Part shown: positions 1 through 12,834 of the stretch, in pieces
Position numbering within the stretch: the stretch's first letter is position 1
How the letters are laid out: each line of letters opens with the position of its first letter
Assembly: GCA_013239625.1 (NCBI GenBank)
Contig: MU054400.1
Coordinates: 4,527,802-4,591,801, forward strand
Direction: 5' to 3'
DNA: 64,000 bases
Origin: Lama guanicoe
Lineage: Eukaryota
The notes under the pieces: model-generated
What the model saw: only the letters and a program-made list of their open reading frames with translations
What the model was told of the DNA's origin: nothing
Database searches by the model: none
Program-made: the position numbers and the translations under genes

Positions 1-842
1 CCTTTTGGTCCATCGTGCAAGTTTGGGATCCAAGTGAAAAGGACAAGGAAAGCCATCCCACAGATTTTCATCTGTCACTTTAATGGCCCAGACAGGGAGA
101 CAGGAACTCAAGTCAGGTGGACACTGTCCTCATGGGAATTCAGAGGACTCTGCCTGCAGCCCAGCCCTGGGGGCTCAGCTCATAAGCATTAGGAGTCACA
201 CCTGCTATTCAGAAATCAGGGCTCACTCTTATCCCCAAAAAAAGAGACCATGGGAGGGTTATGCTCCACCTTCTTCTTGAATTAGAAGTATAGCTCAGCA
301 GTGATCTTCAGGACAAAGAGGGATCTTTGGCAAAGTTTACTCCAGCCTGCCTTCAAATAAGATAGGACAATAGGGAGTGGTGCACAGAGCTAAATTTGAG
401 CCATTAAAGTACATTAAAATACACATAAATGTACTCTCTTTTATGAGAAGTGCTGACATCAGATAGTGGTTATGGCTTCTTAATGCCTTTACTTGTTAAA
501 ACAAAAAGTTGGCAATTCTGTTATACTCCTCTATTTCTCCCCCTACTTCCCGTTTTTTTTTTCTTTTTCTTTTTTTAATTGTGTTGGTCTTTAACATCCA
601 GAAATATGGAACATCTGGAAAAGGGAAAATAGTATGATGTCTGTGCTGTCGACCAGCTGTGGGATCTCAAGCAAACCACTGAGATTTTTTTGGTCTTTAG
701 TTTCTTCACCAAGAAATTGGGGGAGAACAGAGCCAGTGCACCCACCAAAGGTGGGCTTGGGCATGGCTTGGGGGCACAGGCAAAGTCAACTCTTGAGGTC
801 TCCTGTGGGTCACATACATAATAAATAGTAACTTTTTGAGAC

Positions 843-976
843 TTTTTTTTTGTTTCATTTTGTTCTTTTTTTGGGGGGGTAGGTTTATTGATTTATTTTA
901 ATGGAGGTACTGGGGATTGAACCCAGGACCTCCTGCATGCTAAGCATGTGCTCTACCACTGAGCTATACCCTCCCC
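843..976 (-). mobile_element. Vic-1-type tRNA-derived SINE (camelid)
   Basis: Reverse complement reads ggggagggtatagctcagtggtagagcacatgcttagcatgcaggaggtcctgggttcaatccccagtacctccatt plus A-rich tail; A and B boxes present; TSD acttttt(g/a)agac at 831-842 and 977-988. Confidence 0.92.
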
Positions 977-1624
977 ACTTTTTAAGACATTATATTAATG
1001 GAAATTAATTGGGTAAGTTTCAGATATCCATAACATCATATAAGTCTAGATCAGTAATTTTTTACAATGTACAAATGCTGGGACTTTTTTCCTGTTTCTC
1101 CTTTCTTTCTAACCAGTGGTTATGAAAGCCCACACCTCCAGCCCCCTTTGCTATCTCGGTCCACTTTTGTTTCTTAAACGCCCGAAGTGGAGACATTGGC
1201 ACCAGAAGGAGCTTGCATGCCGAGGCGCAGCCCCATCCACAACCTCCCTGGCTGCTCCACTCCCACCGGAGTCTCGGGAGCTCGTGATTAATCAGCCCCC
1301 CAGCAGGACCTGAGGCGCGGGCCAGCTCTGTCTGCCGCAGTCAGGAGCTCATAAATCTAACGAGGTAAAGGACAGAGGGCAGCCAACAAACCCCTCTCTG
1401 AAAGAGCTGGGAGTGTCGAGGCAAGATCTCTGGGAATATTATGGACACAATCTTGGCCTCGGGTTTTCATTCCAATCAGCCAGCTAGAGATTCATAATCC
1501 AAGACTGGCTTCTAAAAGTGGGCTCAGCACATACCTCAGACTTTCGGCTGCTCAGATCCCAGAGGAGGGGTTTGCTAGGAAGTTTAATATCCTTTGAGTC
1601 TCCAAGGCTACAGAATCTGAAGAC

Positions 1625-1842
1625 AGAGCCCAGGAAACAAGACATAATGGGTTCAAATATTAGCTCTGCTGCTTACCAGCCATGTGACCCTCAGCAATTT
1701 ATTTAATGCCTCTCGGGTTCAGTGTCCTCATCACGAAAATGAGCTACAACAATGGCTTGTCATCAGGCTTCAGTGAGACGATGCTAGGAAGACATTTTTA
1801 GCACAGTGTTGGGTATATAGAAGATACTCAGAAATGTTACTG
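1625..1842 (+). mobile_element. MIR SINE, old and diverged
   Basis: gggttcaaatattagctctgctgcttaccagccatgtgaccctcagc...agtgtcctcatc resembles the MIR core. Confidence 0.7.
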
Positions 1843-1864
1843 GTATCTAAGGGTTCGTCTATAA

Positions 1865-2530
1865 CAGCAGCTCTCCAATTTTTTGGTCTCAGAATGCTTT
1901 TAAAAATTATGGCATCTAAGTGAAGTAAGCCAGAAAGAGAAAGAAAAATACCATATGAGATCGCTCATGTGTGGAATCTAAACAAACAAAAACAAAAACA
2001 AACAAAGCGTAAATACAGGACAGAAATAGACTCATAGACAGAGAATACAGACTTGTGGTTGCCAGGGGGGCGGAGGATGGGAAGGGATAGACTGAGATTT
2101 CAAAATTGTAGCATAGATAAACAAGATTAAACTGTATAGCACAGGGAAATATACACAATATGTTATAGTAGCTCACAGAGAAAAAAATGTGACAATGAGT
2201 GTGTATATGTCCATGTATGACCGAAAAATTGTGCAGAACACTGGAATTTGACACAACATTGTAAAGTGATTATAAATCAATAAAAAATGTTAAAAAGAAA
2301 GAAAAATTATGGCAGACCCCAAAGAACTTTTGCTTATAAGAGTTATGTCTATTGAGATCTACCGTATTTGATATTAAAACTTAAAAAAAAAGTCTAAAAC
2401 ACAAGAGTACAGAAACCCACACTCCATGAGCCATCAGAGTAATGACATCACATATTACCTAGCTTCTGGAACCTCCACAGTACACTCTAAGAGAATGACC
2501 AAGGAGAAGGCTTAGTATTATGGCTTGGAC
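1865..2530 (+). mobile_element. hAT-Charlie-type DNA transposon remnant, interrupted by the L1 at 1915-2301
   Basis: ttttttggtctcag...aaaaattatggcagaccccaaagaacttttgcttataag...cttctggaacctccacagtacactc resembles Charlie-family consensus; continuous once the L1 is removed. Confidence 0.55.
1915..2301 (+). mobile_element. 5'-truncated young L1 3' end
   Basis: ctaagtgaagtaagccagaaagagaaagaaaaataccatatg...aataaaaaatgttaaaaa; exact 13-bp TSD aaaaattatggca at 1902-1914 and 2302-2314. Confidence 0.92.
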
Positions 2531-2714
2531 CTCCACAGCCCTCACATCGTATGTTGACAATCATGGGTGTATTATATTCTTCTCTTTTCAGGAAATAGTT
2601 TACTTTAAAATGCCCCACATTGTGGGCTGTCCTGCTTATTTCGATTCCAACAAGTGAAGAAGCCAAGACTTCTTTTAATAAGTTATTCACAAGTTGATAT
2701 CAAGAATTCTCATT

Positions 2715-2915
2715 GAGTTAACCACTATATATAAAAATAGATTTTAAAAATTTCTTCTGTATGGCACAGGGAACTATATTCAATATCTTATAGTAACCTT
2801 TAATGAAAAATAATATGAAAACAAATGTATGTATATATATATATGTATGACTGAGACATTATGCTCGACACCAGAAATTGACACATTGTAACTGACTATA
2901 CTTCAGTTTCAAAAA
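2715..2915 (+). mobile_element. 5'-truncated L1 3' end
   Basis: gcacagggaactatattcaatatcttatagtaacc...ccagaaattgacacattgtaactgactatacttca plus A tail; exact 13-bp TSD aagaattctcatt at 2702-2714 and 2916-2928. Confidence 0.9.
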
Positions 2916-3039
2916 AAGAATTCTCATTAATATGACAGTCTGTGAAATTAGGTCTACAATTTTTCTCATTACTTCTAATTCTCTTCTTAAGAGAAGAATG
3001 GGGGCATGTCCAAAGCAATAAAAACTGCTACTATACACT

Positions 3040-3250
3040 GGGCACCAGAGTGCCAGGCAATGTTCAAGGAGTATAGAAAACAAGTTAGTTGTGATCCTTA
3101 TAATCACCCTACAATGTACTCATCATTATTCCAACTTGATCATTTGTCTGAGGAAACAGATAAGTTATGTAACTTACACAAAATCATATTAGCAAGTGCT
3201 GTGCCCAGAAGCAATCCACCAGACCTCCCTGATTCTAAATGTGCTCTACA
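3040..3250 (-). mobile_element. MIR SINE
   Basis: gatccttataatcaccctac...tgaggaaacagataagttatgtaacttacacaaaatcata is the antisense MIR core. Confidence 0.6.
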
Positions 3251-3377
3251 ATTTAGTCTGCCTCTCTCGGTCACTACACACACACTTCACAATCATTTTT
3301 TTTTTAAGACAAATATAATGGCAGTGGTTAAGTTACCATCTCTTTGCATTGTTCATCTTTTTTAAATAAATTCTGTT

Positions 3378-4925
3378 TCACATCAAAATCCCAGATGCTG
3401 TTTTTGCAGAAATTGACAAGATGATCTTAAAATTCATATGGAAATGCAATGGACTTACAATAATTACCTGAAAAAAAAAAAGTTGGAGGACTTCATAATT
3501 CGCAGTTTCAAAACTCACTACAAGACTACAATGATCAAGACAGTGAGGTACTGGCATAATGAGAGACACAGGCATCAGTGGAATCAAATTGAGAGTCCAG
3601 AAATAAACCTTGATTTTCAACAAGGATGCCAAGATGATTTGATAGAAAGAATAGTCTTTTCAACACATGGTGCTGGGACAACTAGATACTCACTGAAAAA
3701 GAAAGGAAGTGGAATCCTACTTCATATCATATATAAAAACTACCTTAAAATGGATCAAGGACCCAAATATTAAGTGCTAAAACTATAAAGCCCTTAGATG
3801 AAAACACAGGAGTAAATATTCATGACCTTGGATAGGCAATAGTTTCTTAGGACACCAAAAGCACAATTGACAAAAAGAAAAATAAACTGGACTTCATCAA
3901 AATTTAAAACTTCTGTGCTTTAAAGGAAACCACTAAGAAAGTGAAAAGACACCCCACAGGATGGGAGGAAATATTTGCAATTATACATAAGGGACCTGTA
4001 TCCAGAATATATAAAGAACTCTTACAACTCAACAATAAAAAGACAAATCAATTCAATTTTTAAATGCTTAAGAGATCTGAATAGATATTTCTCCAAAGAA
4101 GGTATGCAAATAGCCTACAAGTACATGAAAAGGTGTTCAACATCATTAGCCATGAGGGAAATGCAAATCAAAACCACAATGAGATAACAGTCCACACCCA
4201 CTTTGTTATTCGGCTAAAATAACAAAGAACAATAATAACAAGTATTAGTGAGGGTGTAGAGAAATTAGGACTCTCGTACACTGCTGGTAGGAATTTAAAA
4301 GGGTGCAGCTACTTTGCAAAACAATCAAACAGCCCTTCAAAAGGTTAAATATATAGTTATCTCATGACCCAGCCATTCCACCCAGCTAGCTATATATCCA
4401 AGAGAACTGAAAACATGTTCACACAAAAGCTTGTGTATGAATGTTTATAGCAGCATTATTGGTAACAGCCAAAAATGTCTTCAAATATCCATCAACTGAT
4501 AAATGGATAAATAAAATGTGCGGTGTGTGTGTTTATATTATATATATGGAATACGATTCAGCAATTAAAAAGGAATGAAGTTCTGATTCATGTTATAACA
4601 TAGAAGAACCTTGAAAACATTATGTTAAGTAAAAGAAGCCAGTCACAAAAGACTTCATTTATATAACACGTCTGTAATAGGCAAGTCCATAGGGACAAAA
4701 ATAGATTAATGGTTGAGAGGGAATGGGGGAGAGATGAATGGGGGGTGACTGCTAAAGTGTACCAGGTTTCCTTTGGGGGTGATGAAAATGTTCTGAAATT
4801 TGATAGTGGTGATGGTTGCACAACTTTGTAAATATACTGTAAAAAAACACTGAATTGTATACGTTTAAAAACTGAATTTGATGGTATGTGAACTACATTT
4901 CACTAAAGCTGTTATTTAAAAAATA
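3378..4925 (+). mobile_element. Old L1 (L1MB-like): decayed ORF2 C-terminus and 3' UTR
   Basis: Track peptides FKTHYKTTMIKTVRYWHNERHRHQWNQIESPEIN and KRCSTSLAMREMQIKTTMR match L1 ORF2p; 3' UTR ggggtgatgaaaatgttctgaaatttgatagtggtgatggttgcacaac; frameshifts and stops throughout. Confidence 0.93.
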
Positions 4926-6594
4926 TTAAATGCTATTCTTAAATTGGGTTTCGTATAATTGCATTCCTTCTATTTTTCTTGACCCTCCAACTCACCCCAG
5001 GCAGTGAATCTGGAAACCAAACAAGTTATTAATTTTATTTAGTTGAAGTAATCTGCATTGCTGAAGGCTGAAGGAAATACAGTTTAAACCCAAGCATACC
5101 ATCTCATAAATTAAAGCTAAAAAGTACATGTAAATAAAACCAGTCATGATTCAAGATTTCAGCTTGTGTATGTAGACGTTATCCAGAGGAAATGTGTTCC
5201 ATGGGTGGAGGGGACATGGCCCTGCATTTCACGGCACGGTGGGATCATTTTAAGCAAAGAATAAATGCCACATCCCTCCTCTGGTTTTTTTTTTGCCCAG
5301 ATCCCAATTCCCACTTGAATTCACAAACATTCTGAAAGCTCCTGGGGAAACTGGAGACAGCTGATGCTCAAAAGCAAGTGCCAGAGTCCTGCCTGCCCTC
5401 TGCAGATGAAGGCTGCTCCCAGCCTGGGACCCACTGAAGAGCCAGGGGCCCGCCTGAGTCTCTCGGATACCAGCTGTCCTCCCGTGGGGTCCCGCTGAGG
5501 CCAGCATGCCAGCCCAGCGGTCTGGGAGCCAAGGGCTCCCTGACGCTTGTCACAGTCACGAAATCTGGAAATGCTCAGCGAGTTCACTTAGGAAGACAGA
5601 GTAACAGGGAAAATTACATAAAAGAAGACATTTGGAAGAATTAAGAGAAAAATAAGTTAAACTGCCCAACAGAATTTAACGCTATCTCAAAGTTGACGGG
5701 TCATAAATACACTTGTTACTTTTTCAGCCCATGAAAAATACTTCAGATTCTTTAAACTCGGTTACTTCTTTTGAAAAAAGCTATTCTTTTTTCAAGTGGT
5801 GATTAGAGATTGAATTTACATGTTTGTCCAGGGGAGAAGGAGTTAACAAAAATGGGAGGGTTGCTTTAGTTGCTGTTTTGTATTTTATCGTTATTTCTAA
5901 TAACCACGTTAGCCTTAAGAACCATCAACAAAGAGACAAGTCAATAAATAATAGAAGCAGTACAAAATTTTCAAGCCCCACCTCCAGCTTCTAAACAGCC
6001 CAACATTCCTCATGGGAAATGTATCATGTCCCACTTTGGGAATATTGATGTTCTGACAAAATTTGAGCCTCTCAAAATGCAAAGATTTTATTATCCATGA
6101 AAAGGGCATCATTACATTAAAGCCAAGGAGAGGAAATGGGGAAAAAAAATTCAAGAGATTCAGTGAAAATTAAAGAGATGAAAAAAAAAATAAATAACTC
6201 TGACCAAACACCATTTCGCTGAGTTACACACAAATAATCAGAAACATATTGTACAGATTACATCTCCCCTGAACAACACTTCGATTTTAAAGTTAATAGA
6301 CAAAGTACTCAGCAAAAACTAAACCAAAAACAGCAAATATATATGGGATTTTGCCAGGAATCCAAATAGTTTAAAAAAAAAAAGCTTAAGATTTTGTTTT
6401 TCCAAAAATATCTCGATGCCTTCAGGGTAACAATCTCCCGTGTCAACTGCGACAAGAAGAGAAATTGGGTGGCCAAACTCCCTCTCTTATCTGAATCTGG
6501 ATCCATTTACTCTGAAACTTGTAACTACACTTATTTAAACTATAACTCATCTGCTTATGAATTCAATGCTTTTTAAAAAGAGAGAAGTTTCTTT

Positions 6595-7960
6595 CATGAA
6601 TACTAAATATTAGTTTAGTCAGTAATTCAGAATTGTACCTCGTTGGGGTAAATATTGCCTCCAGCTCTTTCATTGACTAAATGTAAGTCAACACCAAAAG
6701 ATGGGTGGGAGTTTCCCTTCTGGATAAAAGAGAAAATTATGTGGGGAAAAAAGTTACCTAAAGACCATCTGAGTCTCTTTGGTCAATATTCAGCTGGTGG
6801 GTACTCTTTGACAATTCCCTTGATCTCAATCAGAACAGGTCATGCCTGATCATAAACACAGTCCAGTCTGTGCTACCATAATGCATATTTCGATAACATA
6901 ACCTATTTCAGATGTGATTAATAAATAGTGTCATGATGTAATAAGAGCTACATGGATTCATATGTGATTCGTCCTAGTGTACTAAAGTGGAAGACAGCTG
7001 AATGCCAAGTACACCAACAGGGTGGAGAGCTGCAAACCATGGAGAATTACGACACTGTACGAGATGCCAGTTCTTCCTCTTTGCTCAGTTCTGCCACATG
7101 CTCTGTATACCAAGGGCACGTTGCTCCGTTCTCCCCAAACTTTGTACATCACACCCTCGTCTTCAGAACTCAGCAAGTTCTCCCTGCCTTACATTTCCTT
7201 CAATCACTCTGTCTTCGCCTTTGTTTCAAAGATAAAGTTCTATATTCCAATAGTATTTCTTTATTTTTTAGGCAATTTTTAAAAATGTGTTTAAATGTGT
7301 TTGTCTTTTTAGGATGATTGTTTGTGCTATCTTGTTACAAAGATGCAAAAGCAAAAATAAGCCTTGTTGTTTTTAGTGTTGAATTTTGTAGAACTCAAGA
7401 TTTGGGGGAATGCATATATCACATGACAGCAGAAACATCCATGTCTGTGAAATGAAATGATCATCTTATTTGTCTAGGATGGTAACGAACCTTAGTATAG
7501 AGAATTCACGACATTCATTGGATTGTTTAGTTTGACACATCGAAACACTACATTAACTAAATAAACCAGAGTAGTGCCTTTTCCCAAGTTCATTTCCTAA
7601 TGCATCCTGGGTCAGGTGAAAGAAGGCAAAATAAGCAGAAGGAATGTTCTCTGTCCTCTTTTTCTGCCAAGAGGACTGGTAAATGCTGGGGAAGAAAGGC
7701 CAGAGGAGGAACAAAATCAATGACCCACGCAGCATGTTATCTTGATGAACTTCGGATAGTCCTAAAGGCAATGTCTCGAACACTGATAGTTTTGCAGCCA
7801 AACCTCTAAACTGACTCAGCTACTAAAAGGCACTGGCAAGTTTTTTCCATGACTCCTAGTTTAGTCTAGTTTAGCCAATAATTTGGAATTGTGCCTCGTC
7901 GGGGTAAAGACTGCCTCCAGCTCTTTCATTGACCACAGTCCAAAGTGGATTGGGAGTTGG
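6595..7960. repeat. Local dispersed duplication of about 100 bp (copies at about 6595-6715 and 7845-7960)
   Basis: gaattgtacctcgttggggtaaatattgcctccagctctttcattgac versus gaattgtgcctcgtcggggtaaagactgcctccagctctttcattgac, with similar flanks. Confidence 0.85.
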
Positions 7961-8499
7961 CCAACCACAGTGGATCTGAACTGAAAGGGCATCGCCAAAC
8001 ACCCCAGATAATCCACCCTGACTCCTGAACCCCATGACCCCCTTTTGTTTCAGAGCATCACAGCTGACAGAGGCAGAAAAGCTAGAGCTACGTTTATTTC
8101 TAAAGAAGTCGATGGTCCAGGGCTAGCAGTTGAATTTTTGTTGAAGTATCAGTTCTCACTCTGACTACAGGGAAAAAAGTGCTGATCTGTCTCTCCATAA
8201 GTGAAAATCATGTTACACACACTCAAGGGACTAGGCCCTGGAGAAGGAGGAAGCCGACGTGGCTCTGACCAGCAGGAAGCTCACGACTCCCTCCTGGCAG
8301 GGAAGCGACAGACATTTACAGAGGTATGGGCACTCCCACGCTCGTGGGAGCCTGGCAGCGGGTGCTCCTTGTATTCTGCACTCCGGGTGCCTTGCTTGCT
8401 TCACCTGACTGAGCAGTTATGCACTTCACGCACACACTTCAAACCTCAAGGTGATGGATACGAAACTTGCACAATTTCCTATCTTCATTCAGGTAAAAG

Positions 8500-8625
8500 A
8501 AGCTGGTCCTAATTATTACTCTCTGTCTCAAAAATGTGGAAACTGAGTCTTAGAGGCCACTGAACACATAAGCCATGAGGCCAGGACTGAAACCCAGGTC
8601 TGACTCCAAAGTCTGTGTTCCTCTG
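8500..8625 (-). mobile_element. MIR fragment
   Basis: aaatgtggaaactgagtcttagag...ggactgaaacccaggtctgactccaaagtctgtgttc. Confidence 0.6.
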
Positions 8626-8659
8626 TAGCGTATTGTGACTTTTTGTTAAATAATGTCCT

Positions 8660-8832
8660 AATAGAATATATATATTAAGCCACTACATATATACGTGCAT
8701 ACATATATATATGAAATATTATATGATACTATGTATCTAATATATTATATCCTATTAAATATATAATGGACTATTAGATGATGGACTAATGATGAGAGAG
8801 AGAGAAGACAGAGAGGGAGGGAGGGAGAGAAA
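8660..8832. repeat. AT-rich low-complexity tract followed by (GA)n/(GGGA)n
   Basis: Directly visible. Confidence 0.8.
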
Positions 8833-8839
8833 GAAATCT

Positions 8840-9210
8840 TCTATCAGTCAGAGTAAGTCCAGATTAATCTATGGAAACAAATCCCCAACTCATGGCAGCA
8901 TGAAGTATCTCTGAGAGGTCATGGCCACTCTTCAGGGCAGCTGTCCTCCATGTGATGACTCAGCATCACCTCTCCACATCAAATAAATGTTCCCACACTT
9001 GCTGAAGCTGGGAAAAGATGTTGGAGAGTTGAGCGCCACCCATCAATTAAAGGCTTCTCTGGGGGTGTCACTTCCACTCACATTTCACCGGTCAAAGCAA
9101 GTCACATGACCATGCCTAACTCCAAGTAGACAGGGATGGACAACCTTCCTAGCAGCCTGGAAGCAGAGAGAAGCCGGGCTCTAATAGAGAGTCGTTAACA
9201 TCTACCTCAG
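8840..9210 (-). mobile_element. MLT1 (J/K-like) MaLR LTR remnant
   Basis: cttccactcacatttcaccggtcaaagcaagtcacatgaccatgcctaactccaag is the antisense MLT1 core. Confidence 0.65.
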
Positions 9211-9907
9211 TGCACACCAATAGTAACTGGAAGGACAGTGTGGTGACTCAAAGCAAAAGGTGGTAACTTGCCATTCCTACTCCCTTTGTCGTCTGCTAAG
9301 AAAATAAAGTACCCCCCAAAAAAGATGATGGCTGGTTGGTAGGCTTAACCCACCATTTACTTAGGCAATAACATTAAGACATCTACTGGCAACCACAAGG
9401 AAAACCACAGCTAACATTTATAGGATGCTTCACAATTGACGTAACATTTTCGTATATATTAGCTCTAGCAAGCAATACAAGGAGCCTCCCCAAAGGTTTG
9501 AATTGTTTCTTTCCCTCAGATTCTCACAACGTGCTATGAAATAAACACCAAAGGCTAGACCAAGTGCCGAATCTAAGTACAAAAGGATTCAGGGGAGAGG
9601 AGTCAGTGTGTGCCCAACAGCACAGAGAGCTTCGTGGAAGGGCAACTCGAAACCACACTGCAGGGTGAGCCCAGTTACCTCAAGGGTTGAATGTGGACGT
9701 GGCTTCTCTCCACTGGGCCCTCCTCATGCTGATCCTGGGGGAAACCATCACCCACCCTCGGCTAGGCAAACGCTATGTTTGGTGAGTGTATCTCATAAAC
9801 CAAGAGTTGAAAAGTGATGGCCTCTGAACTGAATCTGGCCCATGGATATGTTGAATGTGGCCCAGCATTTTAATAAAAGAACTGCCATCAAAAATCTGTT
9901 TAGAATT

Positions 9908-10815
9908 AATAGCAGGGTGTATGTATCTTTTTGAATTAATGTTTTTGTTTTTCTCGGATATATGCCCAGGAGTAGAATTGCTGAGCCACATGCTGGTTCT
10001 GTTTCTAGGTTTTTGAGAAACCTCCATATTGTTTTCCATGTTGGCTGCACCAATTTTCATTCCCACCAACAGTGCACAAGGGTTCCCTATTCTCCACATC
10101 CTTGCCAACATTTGTTATTTGTGTTCTTTTTGATGACGGCTATCCTGACAGGTGTGAGATGATATCTCACTGTGATTTTGATTTGCATTTCCCTGATATT
10201 AGTGACACTGAGCAGCTTTCCATGTTCCTGTTGGCCACCTGCATTTCCTCTTTTGGAAAAATGTTCAGTTCTTCTGCCCTTATTTTAAATGGGTTGGCTG
10301 GTTGGTTGTTTTTTAATTGAAGTACAGTTGATTTAAAATTGTTGTATTAGTTTCTGGTGTACAGCATGGATAGATTTGGAGGGCATTATGCTAAGTGAAG
10401 TAAGTCAGACAGAGAAAGACAAATACCGTAAGGCAATCACTTACATGTGGAATCTAAAAAAATACAACAAACTAGTGAGTATAACAGAAAAGAAACAGAC
10501 TCACAGATGTACAGAAGGAACTAGTGGTGACCAGTGGGGAGAGGGGAAAGGAGAGGGGCAAGATGGAGGTGGAGGATTAAGAGGTACAAACTATCAGGTA
10601 TAAAATAAGCTACAAGGATGCATTGTACACCATGGGGAATATAGCCAGTATTTTGTAATAACTATAAATGGAATATAACCTTTAAAAATTGTGAATCACT
10701 ATATTGTACACCTATAACATATAATATGTACATCAACTATACTTCAATTTTTAAAATATGATGTTGTAAAATAAATACATAAATTTAAAAACAATAAAAA
10801 TAAAAAACAAAAAAG
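9908..10815 (+). mobile_element. L1 with 5' inversion (antisense ORF2 end 9908-~10305, antisense 3'-terminal piece ~10306-10366, sense 3' end ~10366-10815)
   Basis: Minus-strand peptide [34 protein letters not shown] resembles L1 ORF2 3' sequence; sense 3' UTR ends in poly(A); shared flank core tgtttagaatt at 9897-9907 and 10819-10829. Confidence 0.85.
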
Positions 10816-10924
10816 TTATGTTTAGAATTGTTGTATTTCTCAAAACACATTTCAACTTAAGAGTGGCTTTCAAAGACATGTCCCACTCTTACGAATTCTT
10901 GTACCTCCCCTCCCATACCTGTCC

Positions 10925-11117
10925 ACAGCCTCCAGAAGCTGATGGCTTCTCCCCGAGAGCCTCCAGAGGGGTTCTGTCCTGGCCAACACTTCGATTTCAT
11001 CCCAGCAAAACCAATTTCAGACTTCTGGCCTCCAGGACTGTGAGAGAATACATGTCTGTAGTTTCAAGCTACCAAATTCACGGTAATTTGTTTCAGAAGC
11101 AACAGAAAGCTAATAAA
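10925..11117 (+). mobile_element. MLT1C/D-like LTR 3' half
   Basis: gcctccagagggg...ccaacacttcgatttc...cagacttctggcctccaggactgtgagagaatacat...ggtaatttgtttcagaagcaacagaaagctaata. Confidence 0.8.
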
Positions 11118-12834
11118 ACTGGAATCCCAGATGTCCCGAGTTTCATCTTCCAGATGAGGAGACTGTGGCCCAGTGAAAGAGAAAAACTTCTCATCACTCC
11201 AAAGCTGGACGGCGAGGGGTCAGGACTAGAAAATGTGGTAGCCAGCTCAGGCTGGGGCTCTGTCCCTTCACCAAAGCATCTCCAAGAAGGGGTATGTGAC
11301 AGCAGATCTTCTTCCCGGAGACCATGGGAAGCAACCCACTGTGACTGGCACCGGGAAAAACAAACCAAAATCCTTCATGGCCACAAGTCTTGGGTAAAAC
11401 TAGTGCGGGGGTTTGGAGAAGCTTCAGGAAAAAACACCCAGGCTGCACCTCTTGCTCGCAGAGTGCTCTTGGGAAGGCCCCTTGTGTCCCTGGGCCTCAG
11501 TTTCCACATGTGTCAGAGGAATAAGTTGGGCCCCTCGCAGGTGCTAGAAACTCCCACCTTGGGGTCCTCGTGGGGGTGGAGGGAGCAGCCCCAGGAGGTG
11601 TCAGCCTGAGCGCTCTGCCTTGACCCGTCCGATCTGAAATACTCCCTCTACCAGCTTCCATACTGCACTTCTGCACCCATTGCTTTTGCATCAAAGTCTC
11701 CATGGTTAAAATTGAATCGGAAAACCCTCATCTCTACGTATTAAATTCTCTGTGGTTCCAGAATTCCACATGGAACAGCAGCAGCCAATCCACAGTCGCT
11801 GTGTGTGCAGAGAAGGCGTCCCCAGAAAAAGCAACAAGAAAGGGGGTCTCCTGAGGAGTCAGAGAGCATCTAACAGGCACGGACTGCAAAGCTATTCAGG
11901 CCCCGTGGTCTGTGTCCATCACACGTCAGGCAGCTCCTCTGTTCGCAGGCCCCGGGTCACAGCTGTTTTATCGTGAGCAACCTGAGCCACTCCTCCCCAG
12001 TGGGCATTTAATGACATGAGACACTGGCCTGGGAAAGCCCAGATCTGGCAGAGACCTCCTTAACCCTCCACCAGGAGCCAGGCTACCGCGCTTACACAGG
12101 CCTGTAATCCTTGCAGCAAACACACCCGAAAGCCAGACAGCCAACGGCCCAGGCCTGGAGGACACACCGCCTGGCCATCAGGCCTCTTAGGTCAGAGAGA
12201 GTCAGTTTGGGTCCCTTCCGGTGATGGTCCCTGACACTTACGTGGCTGTTCTCCCCAATCCACTCGGACACTTGGGAGAAAAAGTGTGCTTAAAAGCAAT
12301 CAATGCATTATGAACCTGTAACTTTCTTGGCTCTGAGGCCAAGTAATAGAAAGGAAAATGTGAACAGGTGTGCCCGTTAATGTCCCTGGGTGACTGACCA
12401 AGTATGGTGACCCCCAAGAACCCGCCTCTTTCCAGCTCCTATGACCTAAACTGCAGAAAGCAGCAAGTACAAAATAGGCCCGCTTTTTAAAGCTTTATTT
12501 AAAAAAGCTTATTATACGGTCCCCACCTGGGCCGTGATTAAGCACTCATTACTGCGGTAACAATGGCTCCATTGTTTCTTTTTTTCCTCTAATAACCATA
12601 TTTAAATGACAGAAATTTTTGAGAGCTATAGCCATAATGAAACTGGGGCCCAAGGAGGTTGATTGGCTTCCCCCAGGTCACAGAGGGGCAGAGCCACAAG
12701 CCCCAGGTTCTCCAAATTTTCAGTCCAATCACCGCTCCAATACAGGCAACAAGGGGTCATTCACCACTGTCCCAGTTCACAGGGTCTCGAGCTAATTCTC
12801 TTCAGCAACACTGAGAATATGTAGCAAAGTGACA

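Noticed and set aside
3438..4187. ORFs with similarity to reverse-transcriptase-element proteins
   Set aside because: Fragments of a dead L1 ORF2 with frameshifts and stops; not a functional gene
10818..11609. Longest ORF in the track (263 aa)
   Set aside because: Runs through an MLT1 LTR and MIR fragments; no recognisable domain; most likely a chance open frame
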